A DNA stretch of 64,000 nucleotides from positions 1 to 64,000 of the forward strand of contig CAWJBB010000055.1 of NCBI GenBank assembly GCA_963840855.1, read 5' to 3'. Positions 30,418 to 40,115 of the stretch are shown here, in pieces. The notes under the pieces are model-generated. The model saw only the letters and a program-made list of their open reading frames with translations, made no database searches and was not told the origin of the DNA. Each line of letters begins with the position of its first letter. Position 1 is the stretch's first letter. Source of the stretch: an uncultured delta proteobacterium. Its GTDB lineage: Bacteria; Desulfobacterota; Binatia; UBA9968. A program made the position numbers and the translations under genes.

Positions 30418-30508
30418 GCCTAACGAGGCGCTGCACCCGTCGGGGCCGCGAGCTAAATCGGCGCAATTGACCCACTGCGGGTCGCGGGGGAGCGACAGGG
30501 TGGTAGGC
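30418..30508 (+). other. Degenerate integron attC site
   Basis: R'' GCCTAAC, L'' GCGCTGCACCC, L' GGGGAGCGAC, R' GGTAGGC (one change from GTTAGGC), 22 nt after the MBL stop. Confidence 0.65.
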
Positions 30509-30834
30509 GTTTCCGCTAACCTCGCAACATTTCACTTCGGTGTGGACTGTCACTCGACAAATGTAAGCTCGCGCCGCGCACCCGTCCCGCAGCGTCATTC
30601 GCTCATCATTCGGTTCCGGGCTTGCCTGATCCCATTGCTACGAAGTCCCTCTGCCTACGACGCGCGCTTCGAGACGCCCGAAGAGCGCCCCACCAACTCA
30701 CAGTCTCTGCGCTAGACAGCCAAAGGAAAAATGAGGCCTCGGTAAGATCATCGCGCGGGGCTTGCCGCGGCGTCCCGTTTGCAATATATGAATCTGAAAA
30801 GTAACCCTATCGAGCAGACGGGAGGAAATGAGAC

Positions 30835-31968
30835 ATGAAAGACGGATTTAAAGTTATCGATGCCGACCGGCATATCCTTGAGCCGTCGGATTTGTATCAG
30901 AATTATTTGCCCGAAAAGTTCAAACACCGGGTGCGCCTCGCCGGGCCGAACCAGACCGTGCGCGAAGTGGACGGCAAGCCGGTCTCTGACTCCGCCCTGC
31001 GTCCCGGACGAGAGACAGTGGATTACGGTTATATTTTTTCATCGTCCAAGCGCTGGCGCGAGTGCTTCGCCGATGCCTACGCGAATAAGTTCGACCCGGC
31101 GTCCAATCTGCGCGATATGGAGCGCGAAGGCATCGACGTCTCGGTCCTGTTCCCAACCATCGGTCTTTACATTATGTGGCGGGACGATATCGACCCGGAG
31201 CTGAGCGCCGCGATTTGCCGGGCTTACAACACCTGGCTGGCGGATTACTGCGATCATGACCGCAAGCGCCTCTACGGCGTTATGCTTCTGCCGCTGCAAG
31301 ATCCGGCGCGCGCCGTTGAAGAACTGAAATACGCGAGAGAGAAATTGGGTCTGGTCGGCATTTTCTGGCGGCCAAACAAATTTTGCGGCCGCACTTTCGC
31401 CAGCCCCGATTACTATCCGATCTACGATGCCTGCTCCGAGCTCGGCGTGACGATCTGCGTCCACGAAGGCGCGCGCACCGTTCTTCAGCAGGCCGGCTCC
31501 GACCGCTACAGCGAATTCGGCCGCCATGTGGCTTGCCATCCGCTGGAACAGATGCTTGCTTGCCTGAGCTTCTGCGCCGACGGCGTGCTGGAAAAATTTC
31601 CCAAGCTGAAGGTCGCCCACCTCGAATCAGGCTGCGGCTGGGCGCCGTTCTGGCTGGAACGCATGGACGAACACTGGGAACATGAATCCCACGGCTCGGC
31701 TAAGATCACGAAAGAAAAACCGAGCTATTACTTCAAGCGCAACTGCTGGATCAGCTGCGAGGCTGGCGAGGAGCTGGCGCCGGTCTTCGTCGACCACGTC
31801 GGCGACGACTATTTGATGATCGCCACCGACTATCCGCACAGCGACGCCATCGATAAGTTCCCGGACAAGACCGTCGGCGCGATCAGCGGCAACGACAAAA
31901 TTTCCCGTCAATCGCGCGCCAAGATTCTCTGGGATAATCCGACCAAGGCGTTCAGCTTGGGAGCTTGA
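30835..31968 (+). CDS. Amidohydrolase_2 family protein
   Basis: VIDADRH, DMEREGID, AYNTWLA, VHEG, LESGCGW, ATDYPHSD. Confidence 0.92.
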   Translation: MKDGFKVIDADRHILEPSDLYQNYLPEKFKHRVRLAGPNQTVREVDGKPVSDSALRPGRETVDYGYIFSSSKRWRECFADAYANKFDPASNLRDMEREGIDVSVLFPTIGLYIMWRDDIDPELSAAICRAYNTWLADYCDHDRKRLYGVMLLPLQDPARAVEELKYAREKLGLVGIFWRPNKFCGRTFASPDYYPIYDACSELGVTICVHEGARTVLQQAGSDRYSEFGRHVACHPLEQMLACLSFCADGVLEKFPKLKVAHLESGCGWAPFWLERMDEHWEHESHGSAKITKEKPSYYFKRNCWISCEAGEELAPVFVDHVGDDYLMIATDYPHSDAIDKFPDKTVGAISGNDKISRQSRAKILWDNPTKAFSLGA

Positions 31969-32015
31969 AGCTAACGAAATTAGATGTATTTGAGTCTTCG
32001 CCTGGGAGGTAAATC

Positions 32016-32408
32016 ATGATCAAAACTCAAGGCGTGCTCCATTTCAGTTTGCCGGCCACCGATCTCGACCGCAGCGCGAAGTTTTATCACGAGTTGCTCG
32101 GCATGAAGATTGTCGAGCAAACGCCGCGGATGGTTTTTCTCCAGAGCGGCGAGAATTATTTTATTATGGCTAAGGGTAATGCGCCGGTGAAATACGACTC
32201 GCCCCAGAGCACTCCGGTGCATCATGCGTTCAAAGTAAAGCCGGAAGACTTCGAGCCGTCGATTGAATTTTTGCGCAAGAACGGCGTCGATGTTTTTCAC
32301 ATCGAAGACCGTAACGAGGGAGTCTTCTGGGGCAAGCAGGCGTACTTCCTGGACCCGGACGGCAACAAACTCGAAATCTACGCGGGCCCCGGCGCGAAGA
32401 AAACCTGA
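32016..32408 (+). CDS. VOC (glyoxalase) family protein
   Basis: LHFSL, HHAF, YFLDPDGNKLEI. Confidence 0.9.
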   Translation: MIKTQGVLHFSLPATDLDRSAKFYHELLGMKIVEQTPRMVFLQSGENYFIMAKGNAPVKYDSPQSTPVHHAFKVKPEDFEPSIEFLRKNGVDVFHIEDRNEGVFWGKQAYFLDPDGNKLEIYAGPGAKKT

Positions 32409-32419
32409 GTTTTAGATGC

Positions 32420-32458
32420 AAAAAACCGAAGCACGCCCGCGGGGCGCGCGCTTCGGTT
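32420..32458 (-). terminator. Intrinsic terminator between convergent genes
   Basis: AACCGAAGC...GCTTCGGTT stem with A-tract at 32420-32425 (U-tract on the minus strand). Confidence 0.7.
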
Positions 32459-32523
32459 CGTGCGCATTAGAGAACGGCGGCGGATTCTCACTGTAGCAAC
32501 CTTCCGCCTTCATCCTTTCCGGA

Positions 32524-33340
32524 TCATTTTCCCGCTCTTGTCGCGCTCCATTTATTGCCGCCGGCGGTGCCCTCCATCGAGTTGCCGCTAACGCGCCCGC
32601 TGTACTGCACGTTGCCGGCCGTGAATGTGATCTGATCGCCGTTCAATTTCCCACTGACCTGCGTGGCGGCGTTGCCGTTCTTGAGCGTGCCGGAGATCAT
32701 CTGAAAAGTCTGTTTGAGCGTCAGCTCGCCTTGTGGCAAGTTTCCACGATCCCTCCACTTTCGCCGGGACGATCCAGAGATGCGCCGTGCACCAATTGTT
32801 GCAGCCTTCTACCGTCGCCGTTTCGTCGGGCTTCCACTCCTCCATGTCAAAGGAGTTCGAAACTATCCTCGTGCCGGGCTTGAGATCGAGAATCTTCGGC
32901 CGTAGCTTGACATTGATGCTCGGCAGCAAGAACATCGTAATGACCTGGGCCTGCGAGAAGTCGCTTTCGAAAAGATCGGCTTTCACGAAACTCGCTTTAT
33001 CGCTCACGCCTTCTTTGGCGGCGCTTCGCTTCGACAGTTCCACCATGTCCGGGTTGTATTCTATGCCAAGAGCTTTGGAGCCCCGCTTCGCTGCCGTGAT
33101 GACCGTGCGCCCGTCACCGGAACCCAGATCGATGACGTAATCCTTCGGCGTCACCTTGGCCATGTCGAGCATCTTGTCCACCAGGGCCTGGGGCGTCGGC
33201 ACCCAAACGACGTCTTTGCCAGCTTGCCCGACTTCGGGCTCGTATTCTTTAGCCGGCTGCGCCTGAGCAATACCGCTCGCAAGCGCGACCGACAACGATA
33301 GCGCCAGTGCAAATTGTCTGTACAAATTCAATCTAGTCAC
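32524..33340 (-). CDS. Class I SAM-dependent methyltransferase with signal peptide, copy 2 (frameshift ~32740)
   Basis: DVVWVPTP, IDLGSGDGR, GIEYN; the 32524..32739 frame completes the C-terminus seen in copy 1; GTG at 33340 with RBS GAGGAG. Confidence 0.85.
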
Positions 33341-33432
33341 AAATCTCCTCCCGCTTTGAATTGATATATTGCTGCTTCTAGTTTTCACTTGGGCCGACTC
33401 AGTCGCAAGGGGTCAGTTCAACCACTTGATTG

Positions 33433-34245
33433 TTAATTTGCTCCGCGCGACGCGCTCCAGTTCCCGCCGGACTTGAGCGTTCCTTCGATAGAGTTGCCAT
33501 TGACCCGGCCGGTGTATTGCGCCTCGCCGGCAGAAAAGCTGATCTCATCGCCGTTCAGCTTACCCGTGACCGGCGTGGCCACGCTACCGCTCTTGAGCGT
33601 GCCGGAGATCATCTGAAAAGTCTGTTTGAGCGTCAGCTCGCCTTGTGAAGTTGTCCAGACGCCGCCGACTTTTGCCGGGACGATCCAAAGATGCGCCGTG
33701 CACCAGGAGCTGCAACCGGCAAGGTTGGCCGTTTCATCGGGCTTCCATTCGGCCATATCGAAGGTATTCGACACGATGCGCGTGCCCGGCTTGAGGTCGA
33801 GGATCTTAGGCCGCAGCTTCAAGTTGATACTGGAGAGTAGAAACATCGTGATGACCTGGGCCTGTGAGAAATCGCTTTCGAATAGATCGGCTTTCACGAA
33901 ACTCGCTTTATCGCTCACGCCTTCTTTGGCGGCGGTTCGTTTCGATAGTTCCACCATGTCCGGATTGTATTCGATGCCAAGAGCTTTGGAGCCCCGTTTC
34001 GCCGCCGTGATGACCGTGCGCCCGTCACCGGAACCCAGATCGATGACATAATCTTTCGGCGTCACCTTGGCCATGTCGAGCATCTTGTCCACCAGGGCCT
34101 GGGGCGTCGGCACCCATATGACATCTTTCCCATCCTGGCCGACTTGCGGTTCATATCCTTTTGCCGACTGCGCGGGTGCACCCACCGGAAGCGCCGCAAT
34201 GCAGATTGCCAATAGCACGATTCGCGAAAATCTCGCCGCTATCAT
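33433..34245 (-). CDS. Class I SAM-dependent methyltransferase with signal peptide, copy 1
   Basis: DVIWVPTP, IDLGSGDGR, LKPGTRIVS; C-terminal beta-rich domain. Confidence 0.88.
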   Translation of the reverse strand: MIAARFSRIVLLAICIAALPVGAPAQSAKGYEPQVGQDGKDVIWVPTPQALVDKMLDMAKVTPKDYVIDLGSGDGRTVITAAKRGSKALGIEYNPDMVELSKRTAAKEGVSDKASFVKADLFESDFSQAQVITMFLLSSINLKLRPKILDLKPGTRIVSNTFDMAEWKPDETANLAGCSSWCTAHLWIVPAKVGGVWTTSQGELTLKQTFQMISGTLKSGSVATPVTGKLNGDEISFSAGEAQYTGRVNGNSIEGTLKSGGNWSASRGAN

Positions 34246-34369
34246 TTATCCCTCCATAAATTTGATCTAAATTCGAAGCGAACCCTATACGAATACTCCA
34301 CGGCACGAAAAATGTCTAGAAAGGCGGGCCAATCCCCAGGATCCTGTCGAAGTCGTCTTGAGCAGATTC

Positions 34370-34440
34370 AAAATCCCTCTGAATCTCCCTTTACAAAGGG
34401 AGACTTTGCATTCTCCCTTTGAGGGGGAAATGGGGAATTT
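34370..34440. repeat. REP-like palindromic repeat (AAATCCC...CTCCCTTT..AAAGGGAG family)
   Basis: TCTCCCTTTACAAAGGGAGA hairpin; relative at 47272-47310. Confidence 0.65.
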
Positions 34441-34549
34441 CGGACAAACGCGATTTGTGAATTCAAGTCAGTAAAATGATACTTACTTTGACGTTGCCCT
34501 GGGCCGGTCCCTGATTGCAACAATTTGACGATTGAGCAAGCGAAAACCA

Positions 34550-35836
34550 CTAACTTTCAAGAGTACGGATCGCCGGGATGCGCCAGGCGACGAGCAGAGT
34601 TAGCAGAATAACGATGGCGCCCATTGTCGCCACCGTCATCGGCGCGCCGATGAAATGCGCCGCGGTGCCGGCAAATAACGCCCCCGCCGGCATGAAGCCG
34701 CGATCGAGCATGTAGAGGCTCATCACCCGGCCGCGCAATTCGTCGGGGACGACAAGCTGAAGCATCGTGGCGGTACTGGCAAGAAAAAACATTTGGAAAG
34801 CGCCCGCAATCACCAGAGTGATGAGCGCCAGCGGCAATGAAGTCAGTTGAGAAAAGACGATCAGAAAAAAGCCGAGGATGACGATGCTGCCGACCAGCAA
34901 CAAGCCTTGGCGTTTGATGCGATGGCCGAGCGACGCCAGCGTCAGAACGGCGATCACCGCGCCGACGCCGGGCGCCGCCATTAATAGACCCAATCCTTCG
35001 GGTCCGACATGCAGCACGTCTTTCTGAAACACGGGCATCAATGTTTGGTACGGTACCGCGAAAACCCGCGGCACATATGCGAGCATCATCAGCGCTAGCA
35101 CGGCCGGCGTGGACCAGACGTAGGCAACGCCTTCCTTGAGATTGGCGAAGGCGGTCGCGCGCTTCGCTTCGGCGGAGTGGGGCGGGATGTGCATCAGATA
35201 GATCATCGCCAGCACGCCGATGTAAGCAATGCCTTGGACGAAGAAATTGTCCGCCGCTCCGAACCAAGCGATCATGGCGCCGCCGAGCGCGGGACCGATA
35301 ACTTTCATCAAATTGAAGCCGCCGGAGTTGAGCGCGATCGCGTTGGCCAGATCTCGTTTCGGCACGACGCTGGGGATCATGCTCATCCGCACCGGTTCGG
35401 TGATCGTCCAGGCGACGCCGGTGATCAACGTGAAAAGAAAAATATGCCAGACATGTAAAAACGGCGAAGCGACCAGCGCGCCCATGAGAATCGCGGTGAT
35501 GATCAATACCCACTGTGTGTATAGGAGCAACTTGCGCCGGTCCATGCGGTCGGCGGCCACCCCCGCCATGGGCCCGGTGACCAAAAAAGGCAGGGCACGC
35601 AGACCATTCAGCGCGCCGAGCAGCATCGAGTTGCCGGTTAGATCGTAAAGCAGCCAGCCAAGCGTCACTTGCTGAACCCACTGGCCGGTGCTCATCATCA
35701 AGGTGCCGGTCCACAAATAGCGATAGTCGGCATGGCGCAATGAAGCGAAGATTCGAGGACGAAACCGATGTGCCGCCGTTTTGGCTCTCTCGGTTTCAAT
35801 TCCCGGCGTAGCAGGCTTTGTAAATTCGTCTTTCAA
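34550..35836 (-). CDS. MFS transporter
   Basis: ~12 TM; GVAADRMDRRK motif A; VPDELRGRVMS. Confidence 0.92.
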   Translation of the reverse strand: MKDEFTKPATPGIETERAKTAAHRFRPRIFASLRHADYRYLWTGTLMMSTGQWVQQVTLGWLLYDLTGNSMLLGALNGLRALPFLVTGPMAGVAADRMDRRKLLLYTQWVLIITAILMGALVASPFLHVWHIFLFTLITGVAWTITEPVRMSMIPSVVPKRDLANAIALNSGGFNLMKVIGPALGGAMIAWFGAADNFFVQGIAYIGVLAMIYLMHIPPHSAEAKRATAFANLKEGVAYVWSTPAVLALMMLAYVPRVFAVPYQTLMPVFQKDVLHVGPEGLGLLMAAPGVGAVIAVLTLASLGHRIKRQGLLLVGSIVILGFFLIVFSQLTSLPLALITLVIAGAFQMFFLASTATMLQLVVPDELRGRVMSLYMLDRGFMPAGALFAGTAAHFIGAPMTVATMGAIVILLTLLVAWRIPAIRTLES

Positions 35837-35916
35837 GGAATTTGTTCCGGCTTGGAGGGGACTGATTGGACCAATTCATTAGTATCAAGATTCGCCGCGA
35901 CTTACTATCGACGTCG

Positions 35917-36199
35917 GCGCCGGGTAGTGGTTCAGTTTGGGAAAGATCCCTCTCTTCGCCAGACGGTGTGAAAACTCCGTTCATGGTTCGACTGGGCTCA
36001 CCACGAACGGATATCGGACATTACAAATCAAGCATTTAGCCGTTCGCCCTGAGCTTAGTCGAAGGGCTCCTAATGAGTTTTCACACAGTCTGTCGTTCGG
36101 GATGACAATTCACCATGCCTGTCATTTCGAGCCGAGCGAGAAATCTATCTTGCTATCCAGATGCGGGGCCGACTTCTAATTGAACCACTAGCCTGCGCC
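35917..36199. repeat. Nested composite repeat (outer IR > REP pair > 133-bp MITE > inner REP pair)
   Basis: TAGTGGTTCA/TGAACCACTA outer arms; CAGACGGTGTGAAAACTC (35960-77) / GAGTTTTCACACAGTCTG (36075-92), 17/18 IR. Confidence 0.75.
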
Positions 36200-36317
36200 G
36201 ATGAAATCGCTTCGGCTATGCGATGAGTGTTTCAAGCGGTGGTATAACAAGGTAAGTTAAGAGTTGATTTACCGAGTGGAAGGAGCGAAAAATTTTGTCG
36301 CTCTGCCGGTTCCTACC

Positions 36318-37169
36318 ATGACTACCCGTGTCGATTCCCAGCGGTTACGCCGCCATCTAGATATGATCGTCGGCGAGCGCAGCCCGTTCCGCGGCCAACG
36401 TCACCTGGCCGCGGTGGAAAAATTTATCGAACAAGAATTCGCAAGCTGCGGCCTCGACGTCGAGAGCGATTATTTCCCTTACGGCGGGGGTAGATTTCGC
36501 AATATCATCGCCCGCAGGAGGCCAACAAGAGGCGGCCCGATTATTATCCTCGGCGCCCATTTCGATTCGGTGCCGGGCAGTCCCGGCGCCGACGACAACG
36601 CCAGCGGTGTGGCGGTGCTCCTCGAAGCGGCGAGGCTGCTCTGTCAAATCGAACGGCTGCATTCGCAAATACTATTCTGCGCCTTCAATCTCGAAGAACT
36701 GAATATGATCGGCAGCGCGGCCTTGGCAAAAAAACTCAAAGCCGCGGGAGCGAAAGTCGAAGCGATGATTTCGCTGGAAATGGTCGGCTATACGGACCCG
36801 CGGCCCGGCAGGCAAAAGTATCCGGTGGGGCTTAGTTGGATGTATCCTGACCGCGGTGACTTCATCGGCGTCATCGGCAACTGGAACTCGAACATCTTGC
36901 TGCGCCGATTCGCTGATTCAATGCGCCAGGTGTCAGGGCTGCCGATCGAAACCCTTTCCGTACCCGGTAACGGCATGTTGATTCCCGCCGTGCGCCTCAG
37001 CGATCATTCGCCGTTCTGGGACCTGGGTTATCCGGCGCTGATGGTCACCGACACATCTTTTTATCGCAATCCACACTACCACGGTCCCAGCGATACCATC
37101 GACACTTTGGATATGGACTTTATGGCAAAGGTCTGCGAGGGAGTGATTCGCGGGGCGACGGCGCTGTAG
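36318..37169 (+). CDS. M28 family metallopeptidase
   Basis: GAHFDSV, GADDNASG, FNLEE, ISLEMVG, SDHSPF, YHGPSD. Confidence 0.92.
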   Translation: MTTRVDSQRLRRHLDMIVGERSPFRGQRHLAAVEKFIEQEFASCGLDVESDYFPYGGGRFRNIIARRRPTRGGPIIILGAHFDSVPGSPGADDNASGVAVLLEAARLLCQIERLHSQILFCAFNLEELNMIGSAALAKKLKAAGAKVEAMISLEMVGYTDPRPGRQKYPVGLSWMYPDRGDFIGVIGNWNSNILLRRFADSMRQVSGLPIETLSVPGNGMLIPAVRLSDHSPFWDLGYPALMVTDTSFYRNPHYHGPSDTIDTLDMDFMAKVCEGVIRGATAL

Positions 37170-37360
37170 CCATCCCCGCCGCCCACTCTAAACACCGTAT
37201 ACGCCCGGCGGCCAAAGACGCGGTTGACTGCCGGATTACTCAGGTGGTAGATGGCACTTACGGAGTTCGCAGATTGATGGTTTCCCGGGGCGATTTTTTG
37301 GAAGTCACTTTAGCGGGCTATCGCTGCCAACCGGAACGGTTGAGTAATAAAGGAGGATCT

Positions 37361-37762
37361 ATGATTACTACGAAAGGCGTCTATCATCTCGGCATTCCCG
37401 TCAACGATGTCGAGCGCGCGGTCAAATTTTATACCGAGATTCTTGGGATGACGATCGCCAAGCTCAACCGCGACGACATGGGCGATCACTTGAACCGCGC
37501 CGATCTTCGCTCCGGCGATTCGATGGTCGTCTTGTTCCAACGGCCCGAGCCCATCGAGAAAGACGCCGTGAAAGAAGACGGCGCCACGCACCAGGCCTTC
37601 ACCGTCTCGCCGGAAGACTTCGAGCTGGCGGAGAAAAAAATGAAAGATTGGGGCGTGAAGGTTTACAACATCCCGACCGTCGAACGCCCCTCGGGGAGAG
37701 GTTTTTACTTTTTCGATCCGGACGGCAATCTCTTGCAACTCTACGCCCCGCCGCGGAAATAG
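37361..37762 (+). CDS. VOC (glyoxalase) family protein
   Basis: YHLGIPV, THQAF, FYFFDPDGNLLQL; RBS AAGGAGG. Confidence 0.9.
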   Translation: MITTKGVYHLGIPVNDVERAVKFYTEILGMTIAKLNRDDMGDHLNRADLRSGDSMVVLFQRPEPIEKDAVKEDGATHQAFTVSPEDFELAEKKMKDWGVKVYNIPTVERPSGRGFYFFDPDGNLLQLYAPPRK

Positions 37763-37773
37763 TTATTTTCGGC

Positions 37774-40056
37774 ATGAAACCTTTCAGGGTTGTCGGCAAA
37801 CCACAGCCGCGACTCGATGGTCCGGAAACAGTGACGGGCCGCGCCCCCTACACGGTTGACGTCCTTTTGCCGGGAATGCTTCACGCGAAGTTATTCCGTA
37901 GTTCCGTACCGCACGCTAAAATCCGGCGCCTCGACGCGAGCCGCGCCCGGTTGCTTACCGGCGTCGCGGCGGTTTTGACGGCGAGTGACGTGCCGCGCAA
38001 GCGTTTCGGCTTCACAGTCCAGGATGAAGAACTCTTCGCCGGCGAAAAAGCGCGTTACATAGGCGACGTCATCGCGGCGGTGGCGGCCAAAGACGAGGAA
38101 ACCGCGGAGGCGGCTCTGAGCCTGATCGACTGTGACTACGAAGAGCTGCCCGCCGCTTTGTCACCCGACCAAGCTCTGAAAGAAAATGCCCCGTTAATTC
38201 ACGAAAACTTCGACTCCTACCGGCTGAACGACATGCTGGCGCGCAGTTGGCATCCGGTGGCGGGAACCAACATCGCGCATCAAGCAGTTTACTCCAGGGG
38301 TAACATCGATCAGGGCTTTGCCGAAGCCGATGAAATTTTCGACGACCGGTTCAGCTCGCAGCAGGTTCAGCATTGTTCGCTCGAGCCCCACGCCGTGGTG
38401 GCGCACTGGGACGGCGAGCGGCTGATGTTGTGGACCAGTACGCAAAAAGTCTTTCTAGTGCGCTCCGGTCTGGCGGAACTCTTCGGCTTACCGGAAGAGA
38501 AGATCCGCGTGATCGGTAGCAAGATTGGCGCTGGTTTCGGCGGCAAAAACGCGATGCGGCTTGAGCCCTATGCCGCCGCTCTCGCGCTCAGAACCGGCAA
38601 GCCCGTACGGCTCATCAACAGCAGAGCGGAAGAATTTGCCGCCGCAGCGGGCTCGGTGCCGGCCACGGTCCGCGTCAAAACCGGCGTCAAGCGCGACGGC
38701 ACGATCACGGCGCGCGCCATGGAGTTTATCTGGGACACAGGAGCCTACGCCGAAGGATTGCCCGGCAGCAATCGCGCGCTAAAAGACGGCGTTGGACCGT
38801 ATAGGATTGCCAATCTTCGGGTCACGTCGACGCTGGTCTATACGAACAAACTGCGCGGCTGTCCGTTTCGCGGCCTGGGCATCCCGGAGGCCGTCTGGGC
38901 CGGCGAATCGCAGATGGATATCATCGCGGCAAAGTTGGGCATCGATCCCGTGGCGCTCCGGCTCAAAAATTGTCTCGACACCGGCGATGAAACGCCGGCC
39001 GGCGACCGCGCCAATCATATCGCCCTGCGCCAGTGCTTGCTGGAAGTTTCCAGAGAACTCAAGCGCTGGAAAAAACGCGCGCCGTCGGACCATGGCTTCG
39101 GCGTGGCGCTGATTCACAAATCACCGACCACGTCGGCGGCGTCATCGAAAGCGCTCCTGCGCATTCGCGCCGACGCCGGCGTAGAACTCATGATCGGCGC
39201 CACCGACGTCGGCGGCGGAACGGGCACGACCCTCGGGCAAATCGCCGCCGAGGAACTGGGGATCGCGCCAACCGACATCCGGGTGGTGATCGCCGACACC
39301 GACTTGACTCCCTTCGATCACGGCACCTATTCCAGCCGCGTGACGGCCTACGTCGGGGCGGCCGTGAAGCTGGCCGCCACGGATGCGCGCCGGCAACTGA
39401 TCGAGGCATCTGCTCGTCTCTGGAATCTTTCGCCGGAAAAGTTGCGAATCAAGGGCAAGAAGGTCGTGGCGAGCGGGCGGCGCTCGATGACCTATGGCGA
39501 AGTGATCAAGAAATCGAAATTGGCGGAAATCCTCGGCAGCGGGTCATTCGAAAGCAAAAGGTCATGGGCCGGCGATGCTGCATCGAACAAGCAAGATTCC
39601 GCCGCGGCGGGATGGCCTTTCGGCGCGCAGGCGGTGGAGGTAAAAATCGATCGCGAGACCGGTGTCATCAAGCTCGTCCGCGTCGCGTCGGCGCACGATG
39701 TCGGCAAAGCGATCAATCCTATGGCCGTTACGGGCCAGATCCAGGGCGGTATTGCCATGGGGTTAGGATATGCCCTCTTCGAAGGTTTGCAGTTCGAAGC
39801 AGGAAAAGTCGCCAACGCCAGCTTCGCGGACTACAAGATCGCAACCGCGTGCGATATGCCGGGCGCCACGCCGAGGATCGTTGAAAAACTTTACGCGTCG
39901 GAACCCTATGGCGCCAAAGGCGTCGGCGAGATGTCCATATTCGGCATCGCGCCAGCCATCGCCAATGCCATCGCGTCCTTGACGGGGAAGCGCATCAAGG
40001 ATCTCCCTATGTCAGCGGAGAAATTATTCGAACAGCTCAAACAAACTGCGAAGTAA
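37774..40056 (+). CDS. Xanthine dehydrogenase/Mo-hydroxylase family molybdopterin-binding subunit
   Basis: PGMLHAK, PHAKI, LEPH, GAGFGGK, FRGLG, GQIQGG, AKGVGE. Confidence 0.92.
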   Translation: MKPFRVVGKPQPRLDGPETVTGRAPYTVDVLLPGMLHAKLFRSSVPHAKIRRLDASRARLLTGVAAVLTASDVPRKRFGFTVQDEELFAGEKARYIGDVIAAVAAKDEETAEAALSLIDCDYEELPAALSPDQALKENAPLIHENFDSYRLNDMLARSWHPVAGTNIAHQAVYSRGNIDQGFAEADEIFDDRFSSQQVQHCSLEPHAVVAHWDGERLMLWTSTQKVFLVRSGLAELFGLPEEKIRVIGSKIGAGFGGKNAMRLEPYAAALALRTGKPVRLINSRAEEFAAAAGSVPATVRVKTGVKRDGTITARAMEFIWDTGAYAEGLPGSNRALKDGVGPYRIANLRVTSTLVYTNKLRGCPFRGLGIPEAVWAGESQMDIIAAKLGIDPVALRLKNCLDTGDETPAGDRANHIALRQCLLEVSRELKRWKKRAPSDHGFGVALIHKSPTTSAASSKALLRIRADAGVELMIGATDVGGGTGTTLGQIAAEELGIAPTDIRVVIADTDLTPFDHGTYSSRVTAYVGAAVKLAATDARRQLIEASARLWNLSPEKLRIKGKKVVASGRRSMTYGEVIKKSKLAEILGSGSFESKRSWAGDAASNKQDSAAAGWPFGAQAVEVKIDRETGVIKLVRVASAHDVGKAINPMAVTGQIQGGIAMGLGYALFEGLQFEAGKVANASFADYKIATACDMPGATPRIVEKLYASEPYGAKGVGEMSIFGIAPAIANAIASLTGKRIKDLPMSAEKLFEQLKQTAK

Positions 40057-40115
40057 CGCAGAGCGCGCCAATATGAAGAAAATGACAAATTTCGGATTTT
40101 GATAAGGGAGGCATC

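Noticed and set aside
30520-30800. Possible third cassette or gene remnant (…PEERP…) after the attC-like site
   Set aside because: Too short and degenerate; no closing attC found
34557-35714. 385-aa alternative-frame ORF, and similar long shadow ORFs (18501..19556, 40188..41102, 47559..48737, 39033..39884)
   Set aside because: They overlap well-supported genes, are Arg/Ala-rich with no motifs, and are expected in GC-rich DNA
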